Of a stretch of 32,000 nt of DNA, positions 31,375 to 32,000 are shown one piece after another (the first letter of the stretch is position 1; each line of letters starts with the position of its first letter). Under the pieces are notes generated by a model, which saw only the letters and a program-made list of their open reading frames with translations, searched no databases and had not been told where the DNA came from. This DNA is from Candidatus Nanogingivalaceae bacterium. Lineage in GTDB: Bacteria > Patescibacteriota > Saccharimonadia > Saccharimonadales > Saccharimonadaceae. A program made the position numbers and the translations under genes. The stretch is from assembly GCA_015257795.3 (NCBI GenBank), contig CP072208.2, positions 30,001-62,000 on the forward strand, in the 5' to 3' direction.

Positions 31375-32000
31375 TGCCAGAATTACCAGAGGTAGAGACT
31401 GTTGTCAGAGGATTGAATCGATTAATCTTGAAAAAGAAAATTTCGAAAGTAAAACACGATTGGCCTAAAAGTTTTCCAAATGCACCAAAAGATGTTGAAG
31501 ATTTTATGGTTGGTGCTGAGATTTCGAAAGTTAGTCGTCGAGGAAAAGCTATTATTTTAAAATTAAATAATGAATATACGCTTGTGACTCATCTTCGAAT
31601 GACGGGTCAAATGGTTTATCGGGGCGAAGAGAACTGGGGAGCCGGTCACCCGAATGAAGACTTTCTTAATGATCTACCGAATAAATCAACTCGTGTTGAA
31701 ATTGATTTTGAAGATGGAACTAAATTATTTTTTAATGATCAACGCAAATTTGGCTATATGAAATTGTTGCCAGATTTTGAAGTTGAACTTTTACCATTTT
31801 TCCAAAAATTAGGGCCAGAACCGTTAGAGGATAATTTTACGGTGGAAGTTTTAAAGAAGCAACTTTCAAGAAAAAGAAAAAGTATGGTCAAGCCAGTAAT
31901 TTTAGATCAAAGTGTTATTGCCGGTGTGGGGAATATTTACGCCGATGAAGCTTTGTGGCGAGCGAAAATTCATCCTGAAACTCGAATCGAAGATCTTTCG
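31374..32000 (+). CDS. mutM: formamidopyrimidine-DNA glycosylase (Fpg/MutM), C-terminus beyond the window
   Basis: ATG overlaps the HAD stop (TAATG). MPELPEVETVVRGL... catalytic N-terminal Pro. FNDQRKFGYM. Helix-two-turn-helix region DQSVIAGVGNIYADEALW. Open to the window end. Confidence 0.9.
   Translation, partial: MPELPEVETVVRGLNRLILKKKISKVKHDWPKSFPNAPKDVEDFMVGAEISKVSRRGKAIILKLNNEYTLVTHLRMTGQMVYRGEENWGAGHPNEDFLNDLPNKSTRVEIDFEDGTKLFFNDQRKFGYMKLLPDFEVELLPFFQKLGPEPLEDNFTVEVLKKQLSRKRKSMVKPVILDQSVIAGVGNIYADEALWRAKIHPETRIEDLS

Overview
AT-rich (mid-30s % GC by eye), gene-dense chromosomal segment with about 35 protein genes and 3 tRNAs on both strands. I saw no rRNA, CRISPR array, transposase, integrase or prophage genes. 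Most genes are housekeeping: murE, HIT, rlmH, a MacB-type ABC pair, pnp, rpsO, valS, a FemAB-family transferase, tsaD, rpsT, truB, orn, dnaG, rpoD, a UDG-family glycosylase, a HAD hydrolase and mutM (runs off the right edge). Between them sit envelope and accessory genes: an LRR surface protein and a Spherulin-4-like protein, both with PxTG sorting-signal tails; a VirB2/TrbC-like pilin; an ATP-grasp-like protein; an ASCH protein; and several orphan small proteins. The gene content and style suggest a reduced Patescibacteria/CPR (Saccharimonadia-like) genome using the standard code, but this is inference only. Main observations: (1) the palindrome TTCGAA is roughly 9-fold over-represented, in all codon phases and in non-coding DNA. 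(2) A ~108-nt promoter plus structured leader is duplicated almost exactly in front of pnp and an ASCH gene. (3) A GC-rich stand-alone transcription unit (25484-25870) has strong codon periodicity and shares a 26-nt element and an extended -35 box with another orphan 100-aa gene. (4) Promoters are very regular (TTGnnn-17-TAnAAT) and about ten genes look leaderless. (5) Four terminators belong to one sequence family. (6) DnaG has lost all four zinc ligands. (7) A DHH protein with degenerate catalytic motifs sits beside an intact orn. All family calls come from reading motifs by eye. No database search was run.
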